A DNA stretch of 64,000 nucleotides from a virus: positions 9,052 through 73,051 of IMG/VR virus record IMGVR_UViG_3300029448_000014. One strand, given 5' to 3'. Below are positions 1 to 8,901 of the stretch, one piece after another. The notes under the pieces are model-generated. The model saw only the letters and a program-made list of their open reading frames with translations, was not told where the DNA came from and searched no databases. The position numbers and the translations under genes are program-made. How positions within the stretch are numbered: position 1 is the first letter of the stretch; each line of letters begins with the position of its first letter.

Positions 1-41
1 CTCCGCTCGTTCATCGTAAATGTGATTTCTGTTTGCTCCAT
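1..41 (-). CDS. hypothetical protein, 5' part only (MEQTEITFTMNER..., runs off window)
   Basis: ATG at 41, 14 nt after the polymerase stop; open to the window edge. Confidence 0.4.
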   Translation of the reverse strand, partial: MEQTEITFTMNER

Positions 42-55
42 AGATAATAGTATAT

Positions 56-1357
56 CTAATGTGTATCTTGCCAACTAGCACCGGTATCAGCAGCAGCTGT
101 AATCGGCACACGGAACTTGTAATACTGACCTGCAATAGGTGCAGCTTTAACAAGTAGTTCTGCTACATGGTCAGCTTCAGTCGGCACAACAGATAGCTGA
201 ACTTCATCGTGCACATACGCACAACGGGTGTAGTCACGGTCGTATGTAAGACCTGCTTGATCAAGTAAGTCCTGCCCAACTACCACCCAACGCTTGCTGA
301 GGATGGCGCCACATGACTGGAGTAAATAGTTGAGTGACGCATGCTCTGCGCGACAGAAAATAGGGCGGCCATCGAGGCCCCTAAGACGACCGGTATTACG
401 GACTTTTTGTTTAACAGCATCAATAAGTGGCTCCAAACCTGGGATAGCATCAAGGAATTTGCGGCGTAACTCTTGCCCCAGATGTTTCTTCTGTGCATCT
501 GACAAAGCAGGCTGCAGAATATGAGCTAATTTTAGATCTCCAGCTCCATAGATGAACCCATAGACTAAACTTTTGACCTCAGATCTTGTGCAACCAACAC
601 GGTCAGCATTCTGCTGATGTATATCACCATTCAGCACAACGTCAGCAAAAGCTCCCTCGTCAAAGACTGATAGGTAGTGCCCGAGCGCTCGAAGTTCGAG
701 GCCCTCTAGGTCAGCACCGACCATGACGTGGCCAGGATGCGGAATGAAAAGTTGACGTGCCCACGGTGCAGAAACGACCTGTCCGAGATTCGGACCACGG
801 TGTGCGTTACGCCCTGTCTGCGTAGCGAGGCTGCAGCTGTGATGGATGCAGTTGTCTTGTTCAATCGTGTTGAACCAAGAGTTAGCACCCTCAGACAGCT
901 GTCCAAGCCACTTCTGCAGGGTGAGTAGACGAATGAACATCTCGCACTCTTCATGGAGTAGATCGTTTTTCTGCTGCAGTGCAAGGTCACGGATCTCAGC
1001 TAAGCAAGCTTCATCCACCTTTGGCTTACCGCTGTCAGTGAGCTTGGTGAAACGAGCACCACGGAACTGCTGTAACGCCCAGGCGATGTTCAGTCTGCTA
1101 GTCGGATTAAAGTCGATCAGCTTTGTAAAGGGAGCGCCAGCCACATAACCCTTTGCTTTGTTCTGTCGTTTAGGCGTAAACACTTTTCCAGGCACGTAAG
1201 GGAAGCGCTTGAGAATTGCAGCTTCAAGGTCTTGCATTTCTGCAGAGAGCTCATTACGAACACGTTCAGCTGCTGCTATGTCAAAGCGGAAGCCTGAAGC
1301 TTCTTGTTGAGACATAATCTCAGCCATACGCATTTCAAGTTCAACACAATCAAGCAT
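56..1357 (-). CDS. polA: DNA polymerase family A, polymerase domain (T7-like)
   Basis: Motif A ADLEGLELR, motif B RSEVKSLVYGFIYG, motif C VHDE, TGR motif, T7-like YVAGAP...FNPTS thumb segment; GGAGA RBS upstream. Confidence 0.95.
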   Translation of the reverse strand: MLDCVELEMRMAEIMSQQEASGFRFDIAAAERVRNELSAEMQDLEAAILKRFPYVPGKVFTPKRQNKAKGYVAGAPFTKLIDFNPTSRLNIAWALQQFRGARFTKLTDSGKPKVDEACLAEIRDLALQQKNDLLHEECEMFIRLLTLQKWLGQLSEGANSWFNTIEQDNCIHHSCSLATQTGRNAHRGPNLGQVVSAPWARQLFIPHPGHVMVGADLEGLELRALGHYLSVFDEGAFADVVLNGDIHQQNADRVGCTRSEVKSLVYGFIYGAGDLKLAHILQPALSDAQKKHLGQELRRKFLDAIPGLEPLIDAVKQKVRNTGRLRGLDGRPIFCRAEHASLNYLLQSCGAILSKRWVVVGQDLLDQAGLTYDRDYTRCAYVHDEVQLSVVPTEADHVAELLVKAAPIAGQYYKFRVPITAAADTGASWQDTH

Positions 1358-1433
1358 CTAGTTTCTCCATAATTGATTAAATCTAAATTTGAGTTTTTCT
1401 CTTCACCAGGTTTATTAGTAGAAAGCTAATTTG

Positions 1434-1958
1434 TTAGGCATAGTCGTTCATTCTGCGAAGCATTAGTTCATATAATTTGACAGTAACTTCTGTATCTTGA
1501 ATACAGTAGTCAAGCATTTCTGGTGTGTATACATCCCAGGCAGCTTCGTGTTTACCGAAGTCACCTTTAAAGCACTTAAGGCGGTAGCCCCATGCTTCTA
1601 GACTATGTCGTCCATAGAGTTTTTGTGGCATACCGTAAGGCCTACGCTCTTGATCTCGCTCCATGATGTGTGGATAAAATAATCTGCTAAGAACAAGCGT
1701 GTCGATAGCTTGTCCTTGGAAATTAAAATCATACGCTTCTTTGATTAAGGGGATGTCATAACCAAGAATGTTATGACCAATGAGTACATCTGCACGACAT
1801 AGAGTATCAATGCCATCATCAATATCAAGACGTGGAGCGTCCCAGACAATTGGTTTATCAGCTTGACTTAGGTCTCGTGCGACAATACAGTGAATTTTAG
1901 ATCCACGGCGAAGTAAGCCCGTTGATTCCAGATCAAAAAGTAGTGCTTTCTTGGTCAT
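1434..1958 (-). CDS. DNA polymerase A 3'-5' exonuclease domain, encoded as a separate gene
   Basis: ExoI FDLES, ExoII GHNILGYD, HSLEAWGYRL, ExoIII YCIQD; start likely 1958 or 1973. Confidence 0.9.
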   Translation of the reverse strand: MTKKALLFDLESTGLLRRGSKIHCIVARDLSQADKPIVWDAPRLDIDDGIDTLCRADVLIGHNILGYDIPLIKEAYDFNFQGQAIDTLVLSRLFYPHIMERDQERRPYGMPQKLYGRHSLEAWGYRLKCFKGDFGKHEAAWDVYTPEMLDYCIQDTEVTVKLYELMLRRMNDYA

Positions 1959-2517
1959 TGGTTTGTTCGTCATGTAGTGAAGATTCGATACGGCTTGGTT
2001 CTGTCGGGATATGAACGTAGAGGTCTTTGTTGTCAAATTGCTCTTCGCGGTCGTCGAATCTTGGTGCTTGATTGTTGGTACTGAAACGTTCGTCTTCATT
2101 ATCAAATAGTGGTTCAATGGATATAAAAAGTTCTCGGGCTAATCGTGCCGCACGTCTAAATTCATCTTTGTAGTATGGTTCCCAATCGTGAGCTAGAACC
2201 ATAATTTTACGAATGCCCATCAGGTACAACTGAAAGACAGATGCAGAGAAGGGATAGCGAGTCGAGTAAATGACAGCTCCAGTAATTGGAGTGCCTCGTT
2301 TGCAAGCAGTGGCAATAGCATACGTTATGCAATCAAGTTCAACTTTGCAGTCGGCAAGGATACTGCGGCCATCACCACATATTTCACGATCACGAATAAT
2401 CACGCAACCACCTGGTGCGATTGGATGTGTACTAGCAGTAGCTACTTGCTTGGCTAAATTCATGAAGTATTTATCTTTGTTTTTGATAAATGTTGGATCT
2501 GACTTAGGTGCAGGCAT
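1933..2517 (-). CDS. dCMP-deaminase-like protein lacking Zn ligands
   Basis: KYFMNLA...GCVIIRDREI...GAVIYST..P matches the dCMP deaminase scaffold; HAE replaced by DCI, PCxxC by PFSAS. Confidence 0.75.
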   Translation of the reverse strand: MPAPKSDPTFIKNKDKYFMNLAKQVATASTHPIAPGGCVIIRDREICGDGRSILADCKVELDCITYAIATACKRGTPITGAVIYSTRYPFSASVFQLYLMGIRKIMVLAHDWEPYYKDEFRRAARLARELFISIEPLFDNEDERFSTNNQAPRFDDREEQFDNKDLYVHIPTEPSRIESSLHDEQTNDQESTTF

Positions 2518-2567
2518 ATCTCACATATAGAGTCGGTTGTTTCTATATTAGATAGGCAGGCTAATAA

Positions 2568-2963
2568 ATGAGACATATGGATTACGATGAGTTCAAGAAA
2601 GAATATAAAACATATATGGAAAATGATATGTGGAATTTCAACCAAGAGGAAGATTCTATTGAGCCTGAAGGTGTTTCGAGACTTACTGATTTTTTAGAGC
2701 GTCGTAACAAAGTAGTTTCATTATCTAAAAACTATACAAGTCCAAACGATATGGTCAACAGTCCTGCACACTACACTCGTGGTAGTCAAGAGGTTATTGA
2801 CATTATCGAGCAAGCTATCAGTGACGCACCCAGTAATACAGAAGGGTATTTACAGGGGCAAGCACTGAAGTATTTACTTCGTGTTTGGCTGAAGGATAAT
2901 CCGAAACAAGATTGTGAAAAAGCTATGTGGTATATGAATCGATTAATTGATAAGCTCGACTAA
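2568..2963 (+). CDS. DUF3310-like phage protein
   Basis: DMVNSPAHYT...EVIDII...GQALKYLLR...DCEKAMWY signature. Confidence 0.85.
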   Translation: MRHMDYDEFKKEYKTYMENDMWNFNQEEDSIEPEGVSRLTDFLERRNKVVSLSKNYTSPNDMVNSPAHYTRGSQEVIDIIEQAISDAPSNTEGYLQGQALKYLLRVWLKDNPKQDCEKAMWYMNRLIDKLD

Positions 2964-2984
2964 GACAGTGCCGGCGTTAGCCGG

Positions 2985-3404
2985 CTAACATCGTTGAAAG
3001 TATAGATTACCATCAGCATGTGAGAGAGATTCGAACTCTTGAATATGGGGGCTAATTTTTTCTAATACAGTTTTAGTGTCTATAGAGGCGTGTCGAAAGG
3101 TACATGCATAACCCTCGGCAAAAGGGTGATGCTCGTGTATTGGTATGTACCACATTAAAGGTATTAAACAATCCCATAGTTCTAGGCCTTGCGATGCCCA
3201 GCAATTAAGCTCTTCCAATCGAGCCGCTGTTTTGATGATATGGGCTTCGTGAGCTTCAGTTTCAGGTAGAAACAGTTCTTGGTAGGGAGATACAAGAGCA
3301 TGTCTCCACATAATTGTCCCATCCCGATGTATTAGCCGGGAGTGATGCACTTGATTTCCAGAAGGTAAAGTGTAAAAAGAAGAAGCTACGAGATGCTTAA
3401 CCAT
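2985..3404 (-). CDS. hypothetical protein resembling a degenerate peptidase M15A
   Basis: LPETEAHEAHIIKTAARLEEL...WYIP...GYACTF resembles cyanobacterial M15A (IPET..NIIKxARRLEE..SWYRP..HxxGxAxDF); metal ligands absent. Confidence 0.55.
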   Translation of the reverse strand: MVKHLVASSFYTLPSGNQVHHSRLIHRDGTIMWRHALVSPYQELFLPETEAHEAHIIKTAARLEELNCWASQGLELWDCLIPLMWYIPIHEHHPFAEGYACTFRHASIDTKTVLEKISPHIQEFESLSHADGNLYFQRC

Positions 3405-4072
3405 CAGACATTACCTTTGCGTTCTTCGTAATATTCAAGATCTCTTTGCCAGGAATCACCAGTAAACTCATTTAATACTACTCTGCCGATATCACGGAAA
3501 GTATTATAAAAAAGTGAAACTTTATCGACCGAAGTTATCATGACATCAATGGGAGGTCCGTAAATGATCAAGTTCCAGGTAGACGGACAAACTGGCTCAA
3601 ATCCCTTAGCTGTTGCTCTAAGTTGTTTTACCCGCTTGAATGGTATGCAGAATGGATAATCAAGCAGAGCGGGAGCTGCTCGTATAATTTCCGAAGCACT
3701 AGTAAAGAATACAAAACTATTAATATAATGATTACGATATTCATTAATGGTTTTGTTTAGCCAAATTCGATTTGTACGTACTGCACCTTTAGGTGAGACG
3801 AAGACATTTCCATGCCAATGTTCTTGCAAAGGATTTGCTTCAACAGAGGGCACAGATGTTGCATCAACAAGTACCTGCTGAACTGGATCAGACGTGGGGT
3901 CAAAATCAATTGATCCCATAACTGTACGAGCTCGCTCAATGATTTCAGGTGTTGGATATAGCGGTAGTTTTAATCCAGATGCTTTTAGCTTATCCGCTAA
4001 ATTCTGCTGTGACCGCTCGGAGGCTTTCTTGGCCCCCTCCTGCTTCGATACTAAATGTTCTTGTTCCAGCAT
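3404..4072 (-). CDS. phage Dam-type N6-adenine methyltransferase homologue with degenerate catalytic motif
   Basis: YPTPEIIERARTVMGSIDFDPTS...WHGNVFVSPKG aligns to WYTP...IDLDPAS...WxGxVFxNPPY; NPPY replaced by SPKG. Confidence 0.7.
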   Translation of the reverse strand: MLEQEHLVSKQEGAKKASERSQQNLADKLKASGLKLPLYPTPEIIERARTVMGSIDFDPTSDPVQQVLVDATSVPSVEANPLQEHWHGNVFVSPKGAVRTNRIWLNKTINEYRNHYINSFVFFTSASEIIRAAPALLDYPFCIPFKRVKQLRATAKGFEPVCPSTWNLIIYGPPIDVMITSVDKVSLFYNTFRDIGRVVLNEFTGDSWQRDLEYYEERKGNV

Positions 4073-4412
4073 TACTGATCAGTGTAATTAATACGTTTTT
4101 AGACCAGTCATTCTCGTCAATTTGCTCAAGCAGCGAACGTAAGAACTCCACAATTTCTGTATCCTCTTCGCGTTCAGCAGAGACTAAATCAGATTCAACA
4201 TCATGCCCAGACATATATGTTGTGGAGTCGTTGACTAAATTGATAACTAAGGAACCTGCGCCATTGGCTTCAACTCCATTCATTGCAACGTTAATTAAGT
4301 CTGTAAGTATAAGCTCAGCAGTAGCGGCCAAAAATTTTTGTTCGTTATCTTTCTCTTCTCCGAATTTATCAGATTGAAGAAGTTGCTGAAGTAGATCTGT
4401 ACGTCTAGACAT
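3990..4412 (-). CDS. hypothetical protein
   Basis: 140 aa acidic ORF in operon context. Confidence 0.7.
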   Translation of the reverse strand: MSRRTDLLQQLLQSDKFGEEKDNEQKFLAATAELILTDLINVAMNGVEANGAGSLVINLVNDSTTYMSGHDVESDLVSAEREEDTEIVEFLRSLLEQIDENDWSKNVLITLISNAGTRTFSIEAGGGQESLRAVTAEFSG

Positions 4413-4444
4413 AATTGAATGACTCTTTAATAAGGATAAGTAAT

Positions 4445-5260
4445 TTAATGTTCTTCTGTGGGGTTACTATCGTTTTCCTCTATATCTGTTGGAGCACGAA
4501 ATAGTCCAGGATCAGAAGGCTCTGTTTGAGAAATATGAGTACCGGATAACATATCGTTCATGACAGCTTCAAACCGGTCTGCAAATGCAGTAGATGGATC
4601 TAGAAGAAGAGCTGCTCTAGCTTCAATTTCTTCTGTATTGTCATTCTTCTGCTCTTCTTTTAATGCCTCTTCAATCACATACTCAGCAACCTGCTGGCGT
4701 AATGTGTGAAGCTGACATGCAAGTTCAAATGAATCAATATAACTGTCTTGATCTACAAATACACCAACATGCTGCGGAATTAGATGGAACGGGTTACAGC
4801 AATATTTTTCGCCACATGTTGTTTTGACACCAGTGAAACCTAAGTCACCCCACGTTAACCACATTGCAACTCGCTGAGGATGATGCTGAGTGGAAGTAGA
4901 GATTCCAGGCCTACGCCATGAAAACTGAGGTTGCTTTGTTCTAGGATTAACAACCCCATTCCACAACCAGCATTCATCAGGCTGACCTATATCAACTTGA
5001 GACCAGAACTTTAATGCCTTACTTCTATATTTTTTAAGCAGTCGGTCAATATCAAAGGAAAGCATTCCTTCTCTTGCTGAGGCAACACAACGAACACAAG
5101 CTTGATGGCTGTCGTAACGCATTGAGTGTGAACTAAATCGTCCTAGCGAATGTCCACTGTAGATGCATAATTCACCCTCTTCGGCAGTATTGGACATTTG
5201 CATATGACGTCTGCCATATGCATGTCCTCCTACCCGTTTGTTAGGTTTTGCTTCAGCCAT
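4445..5260 (-). CDS. Zn-finger/HNH-like protein lacking the catalytic His
   Basis: KFWSQVD..DECWLW..RVA...C....CCNPFHL is the HNH_3 pattern; VLHxCDN replaced by VKTTCGE; N-terminal Cys/His cluster; acidic C-terminus. Confidence 0.7.
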   Translation of the reverse strand: MAEAKPNKRVGGHAYGRRHMQMSNTAEEGELCIYSGHSLGRFSSHSMRYDSHQACVRCVASAREGMLSFDIDRLLKKYRSKALKFWSQVDIGQPDECWLWNGVVNPRTKQPQFSWRRPGISTSTQHHPQRVAMWLTWGDLGFTGVKTTCGEKYCCNPFHLIPQHVGVFVDQDSYIDSFELACQLHTLRQQVAEYVIEEALKEEQKNDNTEEIEARAALLLDPSTAFADRFEAVMNDMLSGTHISQTEPSDPGLFRAPTDIEENDSNPTEEH

Positions 5261-5261
5261 A

Positions 5262-5498
5262 TTAACTTTTTACATGTGGATTAACATAGGATCCACCCAA
5301 TGCTGGATACTGATCTTCATTAGGTAATGCGCTTAACTGATGATTGATCATGTATTCATAACGAGTGCTATTTTCATACTTTATACGAACAAGCTTCGAT
5401 TTGGGAGTGTAATACTCAGGATTGCCTACAACTAATGCAGTCATGTCATTAGGCGACACGAGCACTCGTAAGCCGATTTTAATATCAGTTGATTCCAT
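5262..5498 (-). CDS. small hypothetical protein (possibly SH3/KOW-like)
   Basis: IKIGLRVLV..G...VRIKY beta-strand pattern; operon context. Confidence 0.65.
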   Translation of the reverse strand: MESTDIKIGLRVLVSPNDMTALVVGNPEYYTPKSKLVRIKYENSTRYEYMINHQLSALPNEDQYPALGGSYVNPHVKS

Positions 5499-5518
5499 TT
5501 TAAAAAAAAATATATTGT

Positions 5519-7732
5519 TTAGAAGTCGTTGAGAATATGATCTTCTGTTAGTGGATCATCAGATGGACGAATCCATAGACGAATAGACTTAACTTTATTA
5601 GTCACAGGATCTTTACGTGAAGTATTTAATCGTCGCCAGCCAAGTGTCTGTAGGACATCAGCTACACGTCGAGCTTCCCGCCTCCCTTGTTGCCTAGGGT
5701 CAAGGTCAAGAGCTTTGGTAAGAACCTCAGCAGCAGTAACCTCTTCTCTAATTGTGACATAGTGACTAATTTTTTCCATCCAAGGATCTGGATCACCAAA
5801 CTCTTGAATGTACTCAGCTATTTGTGCAATTTCCCCACTATTGAATTCATATGAATTGCCATTTCGATAGGCTTGAACAGCTGAAGCCCAAAGGGAATCA
5901 CGTTCATCGCTAATCTGCTTCCAAGGAATAAGGAAGCCACTGCCAATTTCAAGAGGTACAAAGCGACGATTCCCTGTACTGTCAACCAGAAACTGATTAC
6001 GATTAGTCGTGCCAATCATAACAAAGCGACGAAGAAGTCGCTCTGGAAGACTAGCATAAGGACGCCTTACTTCATCACAACGTGTTGTAATTAGATTCTT
6101 AAAGTTCTCAATATTACGAGACTGAAAGAAGTGATCAATCTCAGGAAGCTCTAGCAACCAAGCAACGTGCAATCTATATTGCTCTTTCATTAAGGTCTCC
6201 AATGGTGTAGAGACTTCAGCAAAGAGCTTCTCAGGAACAAGGCTACGGCTAAACATTGACTTACCGACGCCTTGTGCACCGACTAAGATCGGAAGCCAGG
6301 ACATAGAGCAGCCAGGGTTATAAGCACGAGCTACTGCACCAATCATCATCCGCTGCATAGCTAGGGTTGCTAGTTGATGCTTATTACCAAGAAATACTTC
6401 TCCTATGGAATCCCAGTCTTTATGTGGAATTGCATGTGCAGAACAGGAATCTAAGTAGCTCTTGATAGGGCAGTACTTGTTTTTACCTGCTGCATATTGA
6501 ATAGCTGACTTGATACGTTGCTCAGGAATAAAGACGCCATACTCACAAGCTAGCTTGGTAGTCATTAAGTCAAGGTCACTACCCTCTAACTCAATAGTTC
6601 GACCTTGAGCGTTGTTATATTCAATAGCCCCAGTAAGTTGATTTTTTCGTAAGTTACTGAGAATTTCTTTGACTTTGTTTACATCAGCTTCACGTTCTTT
6701 TGCAGCATCACTACTAGAACGCTTAGGTCTTCCTTTAGTTCTTTTGGCTAGAGAAGAATCGGGAATAGGTTCGAATACAGGATCCAATTTCATCTCCATG
6801 TTATTTATTACTTCATCAAAATTTGGCAGAGCATCAAACTCTATATAACCTACCGCTGAACCGACTGCACCAAAGCGTAGCTCTGGAGGTAATTGTGATG
6901 ACCAATTACTACTTTGTCGTTTAGCTAGTGAGTACAATTTAGCAGGGCCACTATGGTTACCGAGACCACGCCATTTAAATGGTTGTATATTTTCTGGTTT
7001 TTCTCCATGGTGCCCACGTAATACCCAGTCAACCCAATCATCAAAGAGTGGTTGGCCTATGGCCGCACAGGCTGCCATAACTGGCACAAAACGTGTTTCA
7101 TATTCGCCGTCTTCTGATGGCACTAAAAAGTTTTTAAGTAGCCACTGACATCTTTTGACATCTGTATCAGTTACATCGGACGCTACAAAATCTGTAGGGT
7201 CGTCATAGTCAATATCAGTCAGTAAGAACTCAGGGACAAGAGCACCTTCATTAGTGAGCCAGTCAGCATTGGTGTTGCCATACCAAAGACGCTCTGACTT
7301 TTGACCACAGTTATCTTTAATAGTTTCAATACCGAGGTCAGCAAACAAACGGTTAACGACAAGCCAGTAAGCACCACGATGCTGTGACGTAGAAGTCAGT
7401 TGCAACCCCAGGGGGAATAAAGCACGGAACCTGTGCTCTGCTTCCGTATGACTAGCAGTGGTGTAGGTAGCAACACACCAATTACGTGCAGTATCTGTTT
7501 TCCAGAATGCATCAAGAGTAGTGTCACCATCAATATCTACAACAACTAAGTTGCTGCCTGATGCATTATCTACACGTCTGTGACGTTCAACAAAATGAGT
7601 GGCACACCAGCCGTAGCCGGCTTCCACCCATCCTCGTAGCCAAGTAAGGCTTTCTTCAATGTTTAGCCAGCCATGAGCTGGTTGCTTTTCTTTGTTTCGG
7701 CAGTCTTTATGTACTGCTATCCGCAGCTTCAT
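5519..7732 (-). CDS. primase-helicase (primase-like N-terminus, PriCT-like domain, VirE-type P-loop domain)
   Basis: VVVDIDG, YTTASH..HRFRALF; Walker A GAQGVGKS; IGTTN..FLVDSTGNRRF VirE signature. Confidence 0.9.
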   Translation of the reverse strand: MKLRIAVHKDCRNKEKQPAHGWLNIEESLTWLRGWVEAGYGWCATHFVERHRRVDNASGSNLVVVDIDGDTTLDAFWKTDTARNWCVATYTTASHTEAEHRFRALFPLGLQLTSTSQHRGAYWLVVNRLFADLGIETIKDNCGQKSERLWYGNTNADWLTNEGALVPEFLLTDIDYDDPTDFVASDVTDTDVKRCQWLLKNFLVPSEDGEYETRFVPVMAACAAIGQPLFDDWVDWVLRGHHGEKPENIQPFKWRGLGNHSGPAKLYSLAKRQSSNWSSQLPPELRFGAVGSAVGYIEFDALPNFDEVINNMEMKLDPVFEPIPDSSLAKRTKGRPKRSSSDAAKEREADVNKVKEILSNLRKNQLTGAIEYNNAQGRTIELEGSDLDLMTTKLACEYGVFIPEQRIKSAIQYAAGKNKYCPIKSYLDSCSAHAIPHKDWDSIGEVFLGNKHQLATLAMQRMMIGAVARAYNPGCSMSWLPILVGAQGVGKSMFSRSLVPEKLFAEVSTPLETLMKEQYRLHVAWLLELPEIDHFFQSRNIENFKNLITTRCDEVRRPYASLPERLLRRFVMIGTTNRNQFLVDSTGNRRFVPLEIGSGFLIPWKQISDERDSLWASAVQAYRNGNSYEFNSGEIAQIAEYIQEFGDPDPWMEKISHYVTIREEVTAAEVLTKALDLDPRQQGRREARRVADVLQTLGWRRLNTSRKDPVTNKVKSIRLWIRPSDDPLTEDHILNDF

Positions 7733-8480
7733 TATTATCTTCCTCAGGGTAAAGTTCGTGAAACATTTTTGCTCTTTTTAAAAAGCGTGATTCATAAAGA
7801 TCAAGCTGATCTCCATCAATGAAGATTGCTTGAGTAGTTTCTTCAGTAGCAACAAGGATGAGTGCTACATCACAGAGATAACCAACACGTTCGTTAAGAG
7901 CGTATCGGTATGCAGCCATTTGTTGCGCACACTTTTGAAACTTACGCCATCCTCCATATCCAATTCGATCTCCCCTGTCAGGTGAGAAAGCAGAGTAAGG
8001 AGCGTTACTTGTTTTGAAGTCAGCGATGATTTTGACACCACCGATTTCTCCAATTAAATCTGGACAACCAGCATATAAATGTTCTGTACTCCAAACATAT
8101 GCAACCTCTTTATCATCACTACGTAAATGATTCCAGTCAGGACGAAGCGGACGTTCCGACCAATGAATTGTATCAAACCAATCGAGATAAGTTGAGAGTC
8201 CGTTCCAAAAACTTTGATATTCTTCAGGAACTCCAGGATCAAGGCCACGAAGATAGTTTTCGCAACCAAGATGAATGGCAGTTCCACGAATACCAGCAGC
8301 TTCTAAGGCTCCTGGGTTTTTATCTTGCCACTGACGTAAGCCTGCCTTTGATTTTTCACTCTCAGTACCGGAAAGGACCGTCGTAACTGACGGCATATAT
8401 AGGCCGGAGCATAAGTATTTACGGTGTCCTGCGCTTGTTTGTATACGATAAGGCTTATCATGTGTTGTGGAAGATGTCAT
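7707..8480 (-). CDS. PD-(D/E)XK family exonuclease
   Basis: PSVTTVLS, RGTAIH, YAGCPD...ADFKTS, QMAAY. Confidence 0.85.
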   Translation of the reverse strand: MTSSTTHDKPYRIQTSAGHRKYLCSGLYMPSVTTVLSGTESEKSKAGLRQWQDKNPGALEAAGIRGTAIHLGCENYLRGLDPGVPEEYQSFWNGLSTYLDWFDTIHWSERPLRPDWNHLRSDDKEVAYVWSTEHLYAGCPDLIGEIGGVKIIADFKTSNAPYSAFSPDRGDRIGYGGWRKFQKCAQQMAAYRYALNERVGYLCDVALILVATEETTQAIFIDGDQLDLYESRFLKRAKMFHELYPEEDNNEAADSST

Positions 8481-8899
8481 TAATAATCTGCGTCTTGTTC
8501 TACGCTTTGTGTGAAGGTGTCGCTGTACGTTGGGCCTTGGCGAGGCGCCGCCCCTGCCGCATTAGCTTGGGCTGACGGTTGAAACATTTGATATAGAGTT
8601 CCAACGGCTTGGCCGACTGCATCAACAACATTTGAATTAGCGTCAATTTGTTGCATAAGTTGTGCAACTTCATTGCGCATATCGGCAATTTCTCCACGCA
8701 AATCAATGATGTGATCCATCAAAGAAGGTGGTCGTGTAGCAAGTAAGTCTGGATTGGTAAGTCCGACTTGTGGTTGTGGAACAATAGGTGGAGCAGGTAC
8801 AGGTGCAGCCGGAGCATTACCTGTGATTTGCTGCCCTGCCATAATTTGTGCAAGACGCTCCTGCATTTCAGGAGGTAAATTTTGAAGTGCGTTAGTCAT
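8480..8899 (-). CDS. hypothetical coiled-coil protein
   Basis: 139 aa ORF translationally coupled to neighbours. Confidence 0.7.
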   Translation of the reverse strand: MTNALQNLPPEMQERLAQIMAGQQITGNAPAAPVPAPPIVPQPQVGLTNPDLLATRPPSLMDHIIDLRGEIADMRNEVAQLMQQIDANSNVVDAVGQAVGTLYQMFQPSAQANAAGAAPRQGPTYSDTFTQSVEQDADY

Positions 8900-8901
8900 A
8901 A

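Noticed and set aside
1358-1433. Translational bypass or intron joining the polymerase halves
   Set aside because: 76 nt is too short for a self-splicing intron; an in-frame TAG directly precedes the downstream ATG, which has its own RBS; no matched take-off and landing codons seen
1959-2117. N-terminal extension of the exonuclease ORF to 2117
   Set aside because: It lies inside the deaminase-like gene; recognisable homology starts at MTKKALLFDLES
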